64,000 nt of DNA from an uncultured Candidatus Saccharibacteria bacterium (GTDB lineage: Bacteria; Patescibacteriota; Minisyncoccia; Phycocordibacterales; UBA9973). Below, one piece after another: positions 26,694 through 35,990 of this stretch (the stretch's first letter is position 1; every line of letters starts with the position of its first letter). The stretch is from NCBI GenBank assembly GCA_964496425.1, contig CAZBZO010000001.1, positions 71,265-135,264 on the forward strand, given 5' to 3'. The notes under the pieces were generated by a model. That model had not been told where the DNA came from. It saw only the letters and a list, made by a program, of their open reading frames with translations, and did no database searches. A program made the position numbers and the translations under genes.

Positions 26694-27254
26694 TTATTTC
26701 TTTGCTGATGAGTCTTCTTTCTTAAACGGCATACCGAGAAGTGTGAAAAATTCAAGGGCTTCTTTTTTGCTTTTTGCAGTTGAAACGAGAGTAATAGCGA
26801 AACTAAAGACATCTTTGAGTTCTTCATCTCCTGTTTCTGGGAAGATGGTGTGCTCACGAATCGCGAACGTGACATTACCCATAGAGTCCACGACTCTTCG
26901 TTCAATACCACGGAAGTCTTTGGTGCGAGGGATCGCCACATTGAAAAGCTTGTCGAGAAAGCCGTACATCTGTCCCCCGCGAAGGGTGACAACGACGCCA
27001 ATCGGATCACCTTGGCGAGTCTTGAAGCTTGCAACAGATTTCTTGGCTGAAGTGATTGAAGGTTTTTGACCAGTGATTTTCGCAATACGTCCAACAATAA
27101 AGTCGTTGCGATTTTTGTCGCGCTTGATGCCTGAGCCCGTACCTGAGGAAATAACAACCTTGGTGAGCCGTGGGGCCGCCATTTTGTTTTTGTAGCCAAA
27201 GCTACCTTTCATGGTCTCAAACGAACTTTGTTCTTTTTCTTTTACTGATTTCAT
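26694..27254 (-). CDS. rplE: 50S ribosomal protein L5
   Basis: L5 signature across 186 aa (KNRNDFIVGRIAKITGQKP, GMPF). Confidence 0.9.
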   Translation of the reverse strand: MKSVKEKEQSSFETMKGSFGYKNKMAAPRLTKVVISSGTGSGIKRDKNRNDFIVGRIAKITGQKPSITSAKKSVASFKTRQGDPIGVVVTLRGGQMYGFLDKLFNVAIPRTKDFRGIERRVVDSMGNVTFAIREHTIFPETGDEELKDVFSFAITLVSTAKSKKEALEFFTLLGMPFKKEDSSAKK

Positions 27255-27275
27255 AAATAAGTTGGGAATTATAAA

Positions 27276-27581
27276 CTAAATTTCTTGCTGGCTCTTTTTA
27301 CTGACACGGACAGATTTTCCTCCAACGAGCTTCTTGCCGCTGCGTGTCGCCTTTCCGCTTTTCGGATCGACGAGCATCACATTTGAGGCATGCATGGAGT
27401 TTGGAAATTCTACTACCTGGCCCTTGGCATCACTGCGTCGAGCTTTCTGATGGCGCTTGCGCATATTGAGCCCTTCGACAAGTACTCGGTTTTTCTCACG
27501 TAATACTTGAAGGATCGTGCCTTTCTTGCCCTTTTCCTTTCCGGCAATCACTATGATATTGTCTCCTTTTTTGAGTTTCAT
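27276..27581 (-). CDS. rplX: 50S ribosomal protein L24
   Basis: KOW motif MKLKKGDNIIVIAGKEKGKKGTI; ATG at 27581. Confidence 0.85.
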   Translation of the reverse strand: MKLKKGDNIIVIAGKEKGKKGTILQVLREKNRVLVEGLNMRKRHQKARRSDAKGQVVEFPNSMHASNVMLVDPKSGKATRSGKKLVGGKSVRVSKKSQQEI

Positions 27582-27588
27582 AAAAATT

Positions 27589-27960
27589 TTAGAGCACTTC
27601 CGGTGCAAGGGAAATAATTTTCTGATAACCACGTTCGCCAACTTCACGAGGGATCGGACCGAAGATACGTCCAGCTTTTGGCTCACCTTTGTCTTTTTCT
27701 AAAATCACGACTGCATTGTCATCAAAACGAATATATGAGCCGTCTTTGCGGCGGAACGCCTCACGCTGGCGCACCACGACCGCTTGATGGACATCCTTTT
27801 TCTTCACACCCTTACGAGGCTCAGCCACCTTGATGGAAATAATAACAAGATCGCCTATCTCAGCATAGCGGCGCTTGGATCCTCCAAGTACTTTGAAGAC
27901 TTTGCCGATTTTTCCGCCGGCATTGTCTGTGATTTTTACTACTGTTCCATCTTGTATCAT
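27589..27960 (-). CDS. rplN: 50S ribosomal protein L14
   Basis: MIQDGTVVKITDNAGGKIG... is the canonical L14. Confidence 0.92.
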   Translation of the reverse strand: MIQDGTVVKITDNAGGKIGKVFKVLGGSKRRYAEIGDLVIISIKVAEPRKGVKKKDVHQAVVVRQREAFRRKDGSYIRFDDNAVVILEKDKGEPKAGRIFGPIPREVGERGYQKIISLAPEVL

Positions 27961-28002
27961 AAATTTGGTTTAAACTAATTAAGTGACGTGTGATCTATTT
28001 TT

Positions 28003-28257
28003 CTATGCCCTCTCCACAACCGTGTGGTGTTTATCTTTTGAAATCGGACGTGTCTCCACTATTTCGACACGATCTCCTGTTTTATATGTTCCTGCTTCAT
28101 CGTGCACTTTATACTTCTTAGTCAGCTTCACATATTTTTTATATTTTGGATGCTTGACGAAGCGAGTAACCGCAACAACAATCGTCTTTTGCATTTTGTC
28201 CGATACCACGATACCGGCGACTCCTTTCTTTGATTTTTGTTTTTTTGATTCTTCCAT
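28003..28257 (-). CDS. rpsQ: 30S ribosomal protein S17
   Basis: [16 protein letters not shown]...KYKVHDE is the S17 OB fold. Confidence 0.9.
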   Translation of the reverse strand: MEESKKQKSKKGVAGIVVSDKMQKTIVVAVTRFVKHPKYKKYVKLTKKYKVHDEAGTYKTGDRVEIVETRPISKDKHHTVVERA

Positions 28258-28261
28258 ATTT

Positions 28262-28453
28262 TTATTTATTCTTATTCAAACGCTTGGCAGTGAGTATGCG
28301 AGCAATATCTTTGCGAAGCTTGGCATCGTGCTTCACGTCCTTCGGTCGGCTACCTGCCATCGCAAAGCGACTTTTCTGCAGACTTCCCGCGACCCCGGCG
28401 AGCTCTTTGTCGAGTTCAGACATGCTCATTTCATTGTATTTTTTGGTCTTCAT
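28262..28453 (-). CDS. rpmC: 50S ribosomal protein L29
   Basis: 63-aa helical protein [20 protein letters not shown]...; lies between rplP and rpsQ. Confidence 0.85.
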   Translation of the reverse strand: MKTKKYNEMSMSELDKELAGVAGSLQKSRFAMAGSRPKDVKHDAKLRKDIARILTAKRLNKNK

Positions 28454-28459
28454 ATAATT

Positions 28460-28876
28460 TCAACGTCCCACAACGCGGGTTTTAATCGGAAGCTTCGTCC
28501 CTGCCTTGCGAAGTGATTCGCGAGCAGTTACTTCTGGAATACCATCTACTTCAAAAATAATACGGCCTGGGCGAACCTCAAACGAATAGCCTTGCGGATC
28601 TCCTTTTCCTTTTCCCATACCAAGCTCTGGTGGTTTTGCAGTATATGGTCGATCTGGAAAGACGCGTGTCCAGACTTTACCGACTTTGGTGAGTGATCGT
28701 GCCATCGCTTTTCGCGCAGCTTCGAGCTGATTTGATTGGACGCGGCCTGAAGTCACTGCCTTAAGGCCAAAAGATCCAAACGCAAGCGTAATGCCGCGAG
28801 TATCAGGGGAAAGATTTTCCATATCTTTGCGATCTTTCTGCCATTTGCGATATTTAACTTTCTTTGGAATAAGCAT
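28460..28876 (-). CDS. rplP: 50S ribosomal protein L16
   Basis: MLIPKKVKYRKWQKDRKDMENLS... is the L16 signature. Confidence 0.9.
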   Translation of the reverse strand: MLIPKKVKYRKWQKDRKDMENLSPDTRGITLAFGSFGLKAVTSGRVQSNQLEAARKAMARSLTKVGKVWTRVFPDRPYTAKPPELGMGKGKGDPQGYSFEVRPGRIIFEVDGIPEVTARESLRKAGTKLPIKTRVVGR

Positions 28877-28881
28877 AAAAA

Positions 28882-29547
28882 TTATTTTTTCTTATCGGAA
28901 AAGATTTCTCCGCGATAAATCCAGACCTTGATACCAATATCTCCGTAGGGCAAATGCGCTTTTTCGCGTGTAAAATCGATGTCTGCACGAAATGTCTGAA
29001 GCGGAATAGACCCACGTTTGATTTCTTCTGAGCGGGCGATTTCAGCACCACCCAAACGTCCCCCAAGTACGATACGCGCTCCTTCAACACCACGCACTGC
29101 CATGACCTTTTCAATGGTTGATTTTAAAACACGGCGAAACGGCAAACGCTTTTCAAGTCCTTCGGCAACCAAATACGCCACAATGTGCGAATCTGCTTCC
29201 GGTGAAAGGATTTCTACGATATCGATTTTCAAATCTTCGGGCACCACAAGCTTTGACTTCTGCATGAATTTTACGAGATCAGCCTTGAGCTTGATTGAGC
29301 CTTCGCCTGAGCGGCCGATAATCATACCAGGGCGAGAGGTGCGCAAAATGATGCGAGTTGTTTTTTGACTGCGTTCAACTTCGATGTTGGCAACATAGAA
29401 ACCTTTCAAACGCTTTTCAAGGAACTCACGAACGAGCACATCTTCACGCAAAAATCCCTTGTACTTTTTCGGTACAGCAAACCAGCGAGATTTCCAATCC
29501 CGGAGAATGACAAGGCGATGTGCGTATGGATGAACTACTTTTGACAT
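28882..29547 (-). CDS. rpsC: 30S ribosomal protein S3
   Basis: MSKVVHPYAHRL... with KH domain and S3 C-terminal domain; ATG at 29547 preferred over the longer ORF that overlaps rplV. Confidence 0.9.
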   Translation of the reverse strand: MSKVVHPYAHRLVILRDWKSRWFAVPKKYKGFLREDVLVREFLEKRLKGFYVANIEVERSQKTTRIILRTSRPGMIIGRSGEGSIKLKADLVKFMQKSKLVVPEDLKIDIVEILSPEADSHIVAYLVAEGLEKRLPFRRVLKSTIEKVMAVRGVEGARIVLGGRLGGAEIARSEEIKRGSIPLQTFRADIDFTREKAHLPYGDIGIKVWIYRGEIFSDKKK

Positions 29548-29551
29548 ATAA

Positions 29552-29950
29552 TTATGATTTCTTAGCTTTTGACTTAGGTTTAGTAACAGAAGCTGGTTTT
29601 TTTGATGCTTTTGGTTTGGCTTCCGGTTTCTCAGCAAGGACGAGGACGACATGGCTTGAGCGCTTATTGATCTTTGATGCTCGGCCAAAGGCGCGCGGCA
29701 TAGAACGCTTCAATACGACTCCTTTGTCGACACGTACTTCTTTGACTATCAAATTTTCTCGTTCAAGACCGAAGTTCGCGACAGCATTCGCACCAGCAGA
29801 AGCAAGGAGTGTTCGGATTGGAAGTGCGCCACGCTTTACCAAAAACGCGAGCTCAGCGTCCGCTTCAGCATAACTTTTACCCTTGATTAAGCTCGCGATC
29901 AAGCGAACCTTGCGGGGAGACTGACGATAGTTTTTAAGTATTGCTTTCAT
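29552..29950 (-). CDS. rplV: 50S ribosomal protein L22 (Lys/Ala-rich C-terminal tail)
   Basis: MKAILKNYRQSPRKVRLIASLIKG... is L22. Confidence 0.9.
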   Translation of the reverse strand: MKAILKNYRQSPRKVRLIASLIKGKSYAEADAELAFLVKRGALPIRTLLASAGANAVANFGLERENLIVKEVRVDKGVVLKRSMPRAFGRASKINKRSSHVVLVLAEKPEAKPKASKKPASVTKPKSKAKKS

Positions 29951-29953
29951 GGA

Positions 29954-30322
29954 TTATTTTTTAGCGGCGCCTGCTGCAGCCCCTTTACCTGCATCTCCAG
30001 CAGTCTTGGCAGCTTGTGCTTGAGCGATTTCAGCTTCCTTTTTCTTGGTCTCGATTTCTTTTTGCATCTTACCGCCGTGTTTGATGAATTTACGGGTCAA
30101 AGAAAATTCTCCAAGACGATGCCCTACCATGTCTTCGGTCACGAGGACTTCCACATGGATCTTGCCGTTATGCACACCAAAGGTAAATCCCACCATCTCA
30201 GGGGAAATCTGGCTGGCACGCGCCCAGGTCTTAATAATCCCACTTTTCATGGGGTCTTTACCGGCGATCTTTTCGAGCAAACGCTCGTCAACATAAGGTC
30301 CTTTTTTAAGTGATCGGGTCAT
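29954..30322 (-). CDS. rpsS: 30S ribosomal protein S19 (Ala/Gly/Lys-rich C-terminal extension)
   Basis: [16 protein letters not shown]...[18 protein letters not shown] is S19. Confidence 0.9.
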   Translation of the reverse strand: MTRSLKKGPYVDERLLEKIAGKDPMKSGIIKTWARASQISPEMVGFTFGVHNGKIHVEVLVTEDMVGHRLGEFSLTRKFIKHGGKMQKEIETKKKEAEIAQAQAAKTAGDAGKGAAAGAAKK

Positions 30323-30535
30323 AATACGAGATACTATTGTAGCGAACAGCAAAAAACTGTTTCGTACCAGTTGCTAGCGATAAATCAAAATAGCTCAGAG
30401 CGAGCCAGTCCCACCATACTAGCAAATAGCCTTAATTTGTCAAATTATTCCTCTTTACCCCCAGACCAAACAAGCGAAAAATGAGCTCACGGCGAGATTC
30501 TTCATAGTTACGAGAGAATACCGTATACTGCAGCT

Positions 30536-31354
30536 ATGAATATCGGTATTTTTGATTCTGGTTTGGGCGGGCTCTATACAATGCAGAGTATTGTAAAAAA
30601 AATACCTGAGTACAATTATGTCTATTTGGGTGACACGCTCCATCTCCCCTATGGAGTACGCAGCCATGCCGAAATCTATAGATTCTTGAAAGAAGCGCTA
30701 ATGTATCTCTTCGAACAAGATTGCACACTTATAATCGTGGCCTGCAATACCGCATCAGCGCAAGCTTTGCGACGAGTGCAGAGAGAATTTCTTCCAAAAC
30801 ATTTCCCTGATCGTCGAGTGCTTGGAGTGATTGTGCCAAACATAGAAGAAGCAATGGGTGTTAAACGAGTCGGCATCTTGGCAACAACTGCCACAGTACA
30901 GTCGAAGACATACCCTAAGGAATTTAAAAAATACGCAAAAGATACAAAAATTTTCCAAATCGCTGCGCCGCGCCTGGTACCTATGATCGAAAGTGGGAAG
31001 CTCAGCAAGCTAACACCCGTACTGAAATCTTATCTCACACCACTTCTCGATAAAAACATAGACGCATTAATTCTTGCTTGTACCCACTACCCTATTATCA
31101 AAAAACAGATCCGGGCTATTACTGGCAAGAAAATAAAAGTCATCTGCCAAGACGAATTTATTGCGAAAAAGATACAAAACTACTTGGCACGACACAAAGA
31201 CATACAAAAAAAACTCACGAAGAAAAAAGAGCGGCAGTTTTTCGTAACAAAAAAAACACCATATTTTGAAGGCCTGGCGAAAAAATGGTTTGGGAGGAAT
31301 ATTAGTTTGAAACAAGTGGCTCTACAGCCTTTCAAAAAATCAGACCAGAAATAA
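30536..31354 (+). CDS. murI: Glutamate racemase (Lys-rich C-terminal extension)
   Basis: IGIFDSGLGGL, the catalytic-Cys motifs VACNTAS and ACTHYP. Confidence 0.85.
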   Translation: MNIGIFDSGLGGLYTMQSIVKKIPEYNYVYLGDTLHLPYGVRSHAEIYRFLKEALMYLFEQDCTLIIVACNTASAQALRRVQREFLPKHFPDRRVLGVIVPNIEEAMGVKRVGILATTATVQSKTYPKEFKKYAKDTKIFQIAAPRLVPMIESGKLSKLTPVLKSYLTPLLDKNIDALILACTHYPIIKKQIRAITGKKIKVICQDEFIAKKIQNYLARHKDIQKKLTKKKERQFFVTKKTPYFEGLAKKWFGRNISLKQVALQPFKKSDQK

Positions 31355-31401
31355 AAAAGCCGTTCCCTTTACAAGGAACGGCTGGAAATTCATGAGAGCT
31401 T

Positions 31402-33555
31402 TTATTGCTTCATAAACTTAACTGTTTGTGGCCCAGACGAATTCTGTGTTCTTATAAAATATAACCCAGCAGGCCAATTTGAAACATCTGCCTGAGATGC
31501 CTCCGTAACAGCATTGTATCTACCGTCGGAAGAAAAAATAATACTCTCTCCTTTGGCACCAACAATTGTTAGCTGTCCGTCAGTTGGGTTTGGATATACA
31601 ACAATTCCATCTGTTTCAGGACAAATCATCTCACTCTCCAGCCTTGGAGCATCAGTGATTAAAGAACAAGGAAGAATGGTCTCAATAAATGTATCTCCAT
31701 AGAGATGGGCAAAATATAAATTTTTTTGCCGAAATTCCTGAATGAGATCCTGATAGGTAGTGTCGTTCACCAAATTCGTCAATTCATGAGGATCATTGAC
31801 CAGATCGAAAAATTCCTCCGTAACATTGGTACAAAAATATTTTATATATTTATAGTCCTTCGTAACAAGATACTGAATCTTGGGCAGATTCTGTAGGTTA
31901 TTCTCGGTAGTATAGTGAGTCCCTCCCCACAGCGTATCTCTAACAGCTACACTATTGATATTTTTTAAACTCTTCCCATGTCCAAAACTATTGGATATGT
32001 TCAGTATATCTAAAATCGTAGCAGCAATATCCACATTCTCTGTGAGGCTACTCACAACAGTACCAGCTGGATACAAACTTGGATAACGTATGACACAGAA
32101 AGTCTTCGTCGACGCATCATACCCTAGGCGCTTCCCTTCATAACCATACTCTCCCAGCATGTAACCATTGTCATCCATCACAATAAGAATCGTATTGTCG
32201 AGTTTACCCGTATTTTCAAGTACTTGATATATCGATCCAACGACATCATCCAGCTCTTTAACTTCCTCAAGATAGTTTCGGTAGGTATCTTTTAATTCCT
32301 CGCCAGAAATATAATACTGCCCTGGTAATGTATATAGGAATGATGGATAATCTACCATCTTTCGTGCCATTTCTGGTCCAAAAATTATCTCCAAAGAGTC
32401 ATACAGGCCTTGATATGGGTCATCTGCGGTAAAGGGAGAGTGCGGATCCCTAAATGAAACAGCCCCGAAAAATGGTCCTGTTGCATTTTGTATCCATTCC
32501 ACTGCCTTGTCGCGCGCAACAATACAGTTCTTTGCGTAGTCTGTCTTTTTGCTCTTCGCTCCGTTGAGAGACCAGCCATACTGGTTGTTAACGCTTTCAT
32601 AACTCTTCGTATAATATTTGAGAAGAGTATCTACTACGGCTTGGTTCTTTCCAATAAACCATCGATCGCTATATACAGACTTTAATTGATCCAAGAAAAT
32701 TGGAAACCGACTTGTATCGATACTCCCACTACTGTTGTCCCTAATGTTGTGATCGTAGACGCCAGTATATAAAGCCGCCCGACTTGGAGCGCAAAGCGAA
32801 TGAGCAATATAGTGTTTTTTTAAATACATTCCTTCGCTCGCAATTTGGTCCATATAGGGGGTTTCGATTGGTCCGCCAGAGAAACTAAAAGAGTTACCCT
32901 TAGCATCGTCTAAGATAATGATTAGAACGTTCGGTGTTGTGATTGTGTTCCCGAGAGTACTGAAATATTGGAGTGTTGACCAACTTTCAGTAGCACAGAT
33001 GCTGACCTGGTACTCGTAGTTTGAACCTGGAATTAAGTCCAGAAGATACGCGGGCGATACTGAAACAGTCGTAGTGAGCCATGTTGGTTCACCGACTTTT
33101 CTATACCTGACAGTTGCATTTGGAAGGCTACAAGCTTCAACGGTCCAGCTCACAGTAGTTGTGGTTGGTGAAGTGACAGTACTGGAAATGTTGTTTACAA
33201 CAGCACAAGTAAGCGTTGTTTGATTTGTAGAACTAAATTCGCCGGCATTGCTATTGTCACATGCTCCCAACACACGAATGTTGTAGGTGGTATTCGCTAC
33301 TAAGCCTGTTAATACATAATTGATAGTGGTAACACCTTTAATCGTGATCCAATTCGGATCAACTGATCTTTTATAGCGAACCCAATAACTACTGGCTCCT
33401 TGGGCAGGAGACCAGCTTAAATTGAAACTACAAGTGGTAGGTGTTGCACTTAAATTACCCGGCGCTTGTGCTGGACAAATTTTTAAGTTGCTGGCATCAA
33501 CTGGATTCAATTGACCAATCCAGATAATCGCAAAAAAAAGAAGAAACGTTTTCAT
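31402..33555 (-). CDS. Arylsulfatase with N-terminal fibronectin-III domains and a Por/T9SS-type C-terminal sorting domain
   Basis: Signal peptide; two Fn3-like units (...LSWSPAQGASSYWVRY...TTYNIRV); sulfatase formylglycine motif CAPSRAALYTG. C-terminal ~70 aa VVYPNPTDGQLTIVGAKGESIIFSSDGRYN...GLYFIRTQNSSGPQTVKFMKQ match the Por secretion tail pattern. GC visibly below the neighbouring r-protein genes. Confidence 0.75.
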   Translation of the reverse strand: MKTFLLFFAIIWIGQLNPVDASNLKICPAQAPGNLSATPTTCSFNLSWSPAQGASSYWVRYKRSVDPNWITIKGVTTINYVLTGLVANTTYNIRVLGACDNSNAGEFSSTNQTTLTCAVVNNISSTVTSPTTTTVSWTVEACSLPNATVRYRKVGEPTWLTTTVSVSPAYLLDLIPGSNYEYQVSICATESWSTLQYFSTLGNTITTPNVLIIILDDAKGNSFSFSGGPIETPYMDQIASEGMYLKKHYIAHSLCAPSRAALYTGVYDHNIRDNSSGSIDTSRFPIFLDQLKSVYSDRWFIGKNQAVVDTLLKYYTKSYESVNNQYGWSLNGAKSKKTDYAKNCIVARDKAVEWIQNATGPFFGAVSFRDPHSPFTADDPYQGLYDSLEIIFGPEMARKMVDYPSFLYTLPGQYYISGEELKDTYRNYLEEVKELDDVVGSIYQVLENTGKLDNTILIVMDDNGYMLGEYGYEGKRLGYDASTKTFCVIRYPSLYPAGTVVSSLTENVDIAATILDILNISNSFGHGKSLKNINSVAVRDTLWGGTHYTTENNLQNLPKIQYLVTKDYKYIKYFCTNVTEEFFDLVNDPHELTNLVNDTTYQDLIQEFRQKNLYFAHLYGDTFIETILPCSLITDAPRLESEMICPETDGIVVYPNPTDGQLTIVGAKGESIIFSSDGRYNAVTEASQADVSNWPAGLYFIRTQNSSGPQTVKFMKQ

Positions 33556-33699
33556 GGTAGAAAGGGTTTAGGGTGAAATGAAATTAAGTTGTGAAAGATT
33601 TTGTTGTTATAAAATTACCACACATTTTTCTTTTATACTAGTCAAATAAGAGCAAAAAGCACGACTTTTGTCGTTCTTTTTGAAATAAAATTTTAAGAG

Positions 33700-34200
33700 C
33701 TAGGGAGTTTGAATATCGCTCGATGTTTCTTCTGGTGGAAGTTCTTCTGGAGATGGCTCAGGAGGAGTGACTATTGGTGCTGGTGTAGGGCTCGGAGATT
33801 CTTTAGTAACTGGCGCAACATTGATTATCTTATGCTCACTCGGACGATAGAGTATCGCCAACGCATCATAGATAAGGACTTGATCGCCATTTCGAGCTTT
33901 ATCAAAAAAAGGCTGGCTTGCTTTCAAACTATCTACATCAGCAACTGTAGCGATCTGCGGCGCGCCAGTGGGAAGCTCAAATATTTTACCTACATCTTGA
34001 ATAATCTTATTCGTTTGCTTCTCCAACATCTTCTGCTGATATACTGGGTTTTTGATCAAGTAGAGCTGATACGTAGAATAGGCAGCAACAACAGCAATTG
34101 CAACAACAAAAATGATCACAATAATCGTGAGAATTTTTTTCTTTAACGGACTCATTTTTATAGGAACCCTCTCCTTCTTAGTACGTGCTTGATCTTCCAT
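33700..34200 (-). CDS. Hypothetical single-pass membrane protein with Pro-rich C-terminus
   Basis: TM helix ILTIIVIIFVVAIAVVAAY; PSPTPAPIVTPPEPSPEELPPEE tail. Confidence 0.4.
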   Translation of the reverse strand: MEDQARTKKERVPIKMSPLKKKILTIIVIIFVVAIAVVAAYSTYQLYLIKNPVYQQKMLEKQTNKIIQDVGKIFELPTGAPQIATVADVDSLKASQPFFDKARNGDQVLIYDALAILYRPSEHKIINVAPVTKESPSPTPAPIVTPPEPSPEELPPEETSSDIQTP

Positions 34201-34350
34201 GTTTTAAACTCCTAAATAAATAATAATCATGCGCATTTCGTAGAATATCGAACGAGTCAGATGGCATTCAGTGCCTTCGTGGTAGTAAAAGTATACAAAA
34301 TTAGGCTTTAAAAAACTATTTATATGATGAATAAACTGTGGATAAAATTA

Positions 34351-34737
34351 TTAAAAAATAAGCAAAAACTTCGGTAGAAAAATAATAAGCCCAACAACGA
34401 GAGCCGTAAGCGCCGCAATGAGCACTGCCCCCGCGGCCACATCCTTCGTGTCGCGCGCATAGGGATGATAGTCGGGACTCGTAAGGTCTATGTCTATTTC
34501 CATAGCCGTATTGAAGGCTTCAGCAGCAAACACAAACCCTATGGAAAGTACAAGCGCCAGCCACTCTGGGGTTGTGACGCAAAAATAGCATCCAAGTATC
34601 AGAGCAAATCCTGCAAGCACGATATGGATCCACGCATTATGTGTTGTCTTAATGAGGATACCGATTCCACGGCACGCATGTGTGAAACTTTTCGCCCGCG
34701 CAACCAAGCTAAACGCTTTTTGCTCCTTTGTAGTCAT
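34351..34737 (-). CDS. dgkA: Diacylglycerol kinase (prokaryotic DgkA family)
   Basis: 128 aa, three TM helices, DgkA-like conserved GFVFAAEAFNTAMEIDID region. Confidence 0.7.
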   Translation of the reverse strand: MTTKEQKAFSLVARAKSFTHACRGIGILIKTTHNAWIHIVLAGFALILGCYFCVTTPEWLALVLSIGFVFAAEAFNTAMEIDIDLTSPDYHPYARDTKDVAAGAVLIAALTALVVGLIIFLPKFLLIF

Positions 34738-34843
34738 GTATTAATCATATCGCATTTGCACCAAATAAAAAGCCGCCCGAATAGTTAGAGTCAATATGCT
34801 CCATATTAAAACACCCTCGTAAATCGAGGGTGTTTTATGTAGG

Positions 34844-35692
34844 TTATCCTTGTTTTCGTTTCTTGCCAGTAACACGGCGTGAGACGATGAATGGATTTGA
34901 ATATTTCTTTGGTTTGCGCGACTTCCGTCCGCCGGTGACCTTACCCCAGAGGGTCTTCGGTCGGCGCGTACCGCGTCCTTGGCGTCCTTCGCCGCCGCCG
35001 TATGGGTGATCCACTGGATTCATAGCGCTTCCACGCACGGTGGGCCTGATACCCATCCAACGTGAACGTCCAGCTTTACCGAAATTTACGAGATGCCATT
35101 CGTCGTTAGACACTTCACCGATTGTTGCCCATGAAAGCTCTGAGACTTTGCGGATTTCGGTCGATGGCATTTTGAGACTTGTTGTACCGTCAGCATTGGC
35201 GACGATTTGAGCGAAAATACCAGCTGAGCGAGCGATTTTGGCACCACCACCTGGCTTGAGCTCGACATTGTATACAAAAGTTCCGACAGGAATAAATTTG
35301 AGCGGCAAGCGATTGGCAGGAGTAAGGGGAGCTTTTTCAGAAACGATAAACGTGTCACCGACTTTGGCAGTCTTTGGAGCGATCACATAGCGCTTTTCAC
35401 CGTCCGCATAGTTGGCGAGAGCTATAAATGCTGTACGATTTGGATCATATTCGATACTAGCGATTTTCGCTGGAATATTTTTTTTATCATAGACAAAATC
35501 CACATCACGATAGAGCCGTTTGTTGCCGCCTCCTTTGTGACGAGTCGTAATACGGCCCACATTGTTGCGGCCCACTGAGCGCTTGACGCCGTGAACGAGC
35601 GACTTCGTCTTGGTATGGCCGGAGAGTTTCTCCTTGTAGTTGATGGTAACCATGCCGCGTCGTGATGGAGTTGTAGGATTGTAAGTTTTCAT
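34844..35692 (-). CDS. rplB: 50S ribosomal protein L2
   Basis: ...VRGSAMNPVDHPYGGGEGR... is the L2 signature. Confidence 0.93.
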   Translation of the reverse strand: MKTYNPTTPSRRGMVTINYKEKLSGHTKTKSLVHGVKRSVGRNNVGRITTRHKGGGNKRLYRDVDFVYDKKNIPAKIASIEYDPNRTAFIALANYADGEKRYVIAPKTAKVGDTFIVSEKAPLTPANRLPLKFIPVGTFVYNVELKPGGGAKIARSAGIFAQIVANADGTTSLKMPSTEIRKVSELSWATIGEVSNDEWHLVNFGKAGRSRWMGIRPTVRGSAMNPVDHPYGGGEGRQGRGTRRPKTLWGKVTGGRKSRKPKKYSNPFIVSRRVTGKKRKQG

Positions 35693-35713
35693 GAAAATTA
35701 AGTATTACGTATT

Positions 35714-35989
35714 TTAAATAAGGTCTATTTTATCTCCTTTCTTTAAGTACACGAGCGCTTTTTTGCCTCCGGCTTGCACGCCGCGCTTGCCACGAACAAA
35801 CACATGATCAGCTCGAGACACCACCACGCTGACTTTCTTTGGTTTGATTTTATAAAGTGCAAAAATAGCTTTCGCTACTTCCTGTTTGTTGGTGCGAGGA
35901 GAAATATCAAAGGTATAGACACCGCCTTCTGCTACAATCGAAGCTTTTTCAGTGATTCTTGGATTTTTAAGTATTGCGCCGGTATTCAT
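35714..35989 (-). CDS. rplW: 50S ribosomal protein L23
   Basis: 91 aa, L23 fold (ILKNPRITEKAS...); lies between rplD and rplB. Confidence 0.88.
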   Translation of the reverse strand: MNTGAILKNPRITEKASIVAEGGVYTFDISPRTNKQEVAKAIFALYKIKPKKVSVVVSRADHVFVRGKRGVQAGGKKALVYLKKGDKIDLI

Positions 35990-35990
35990 A

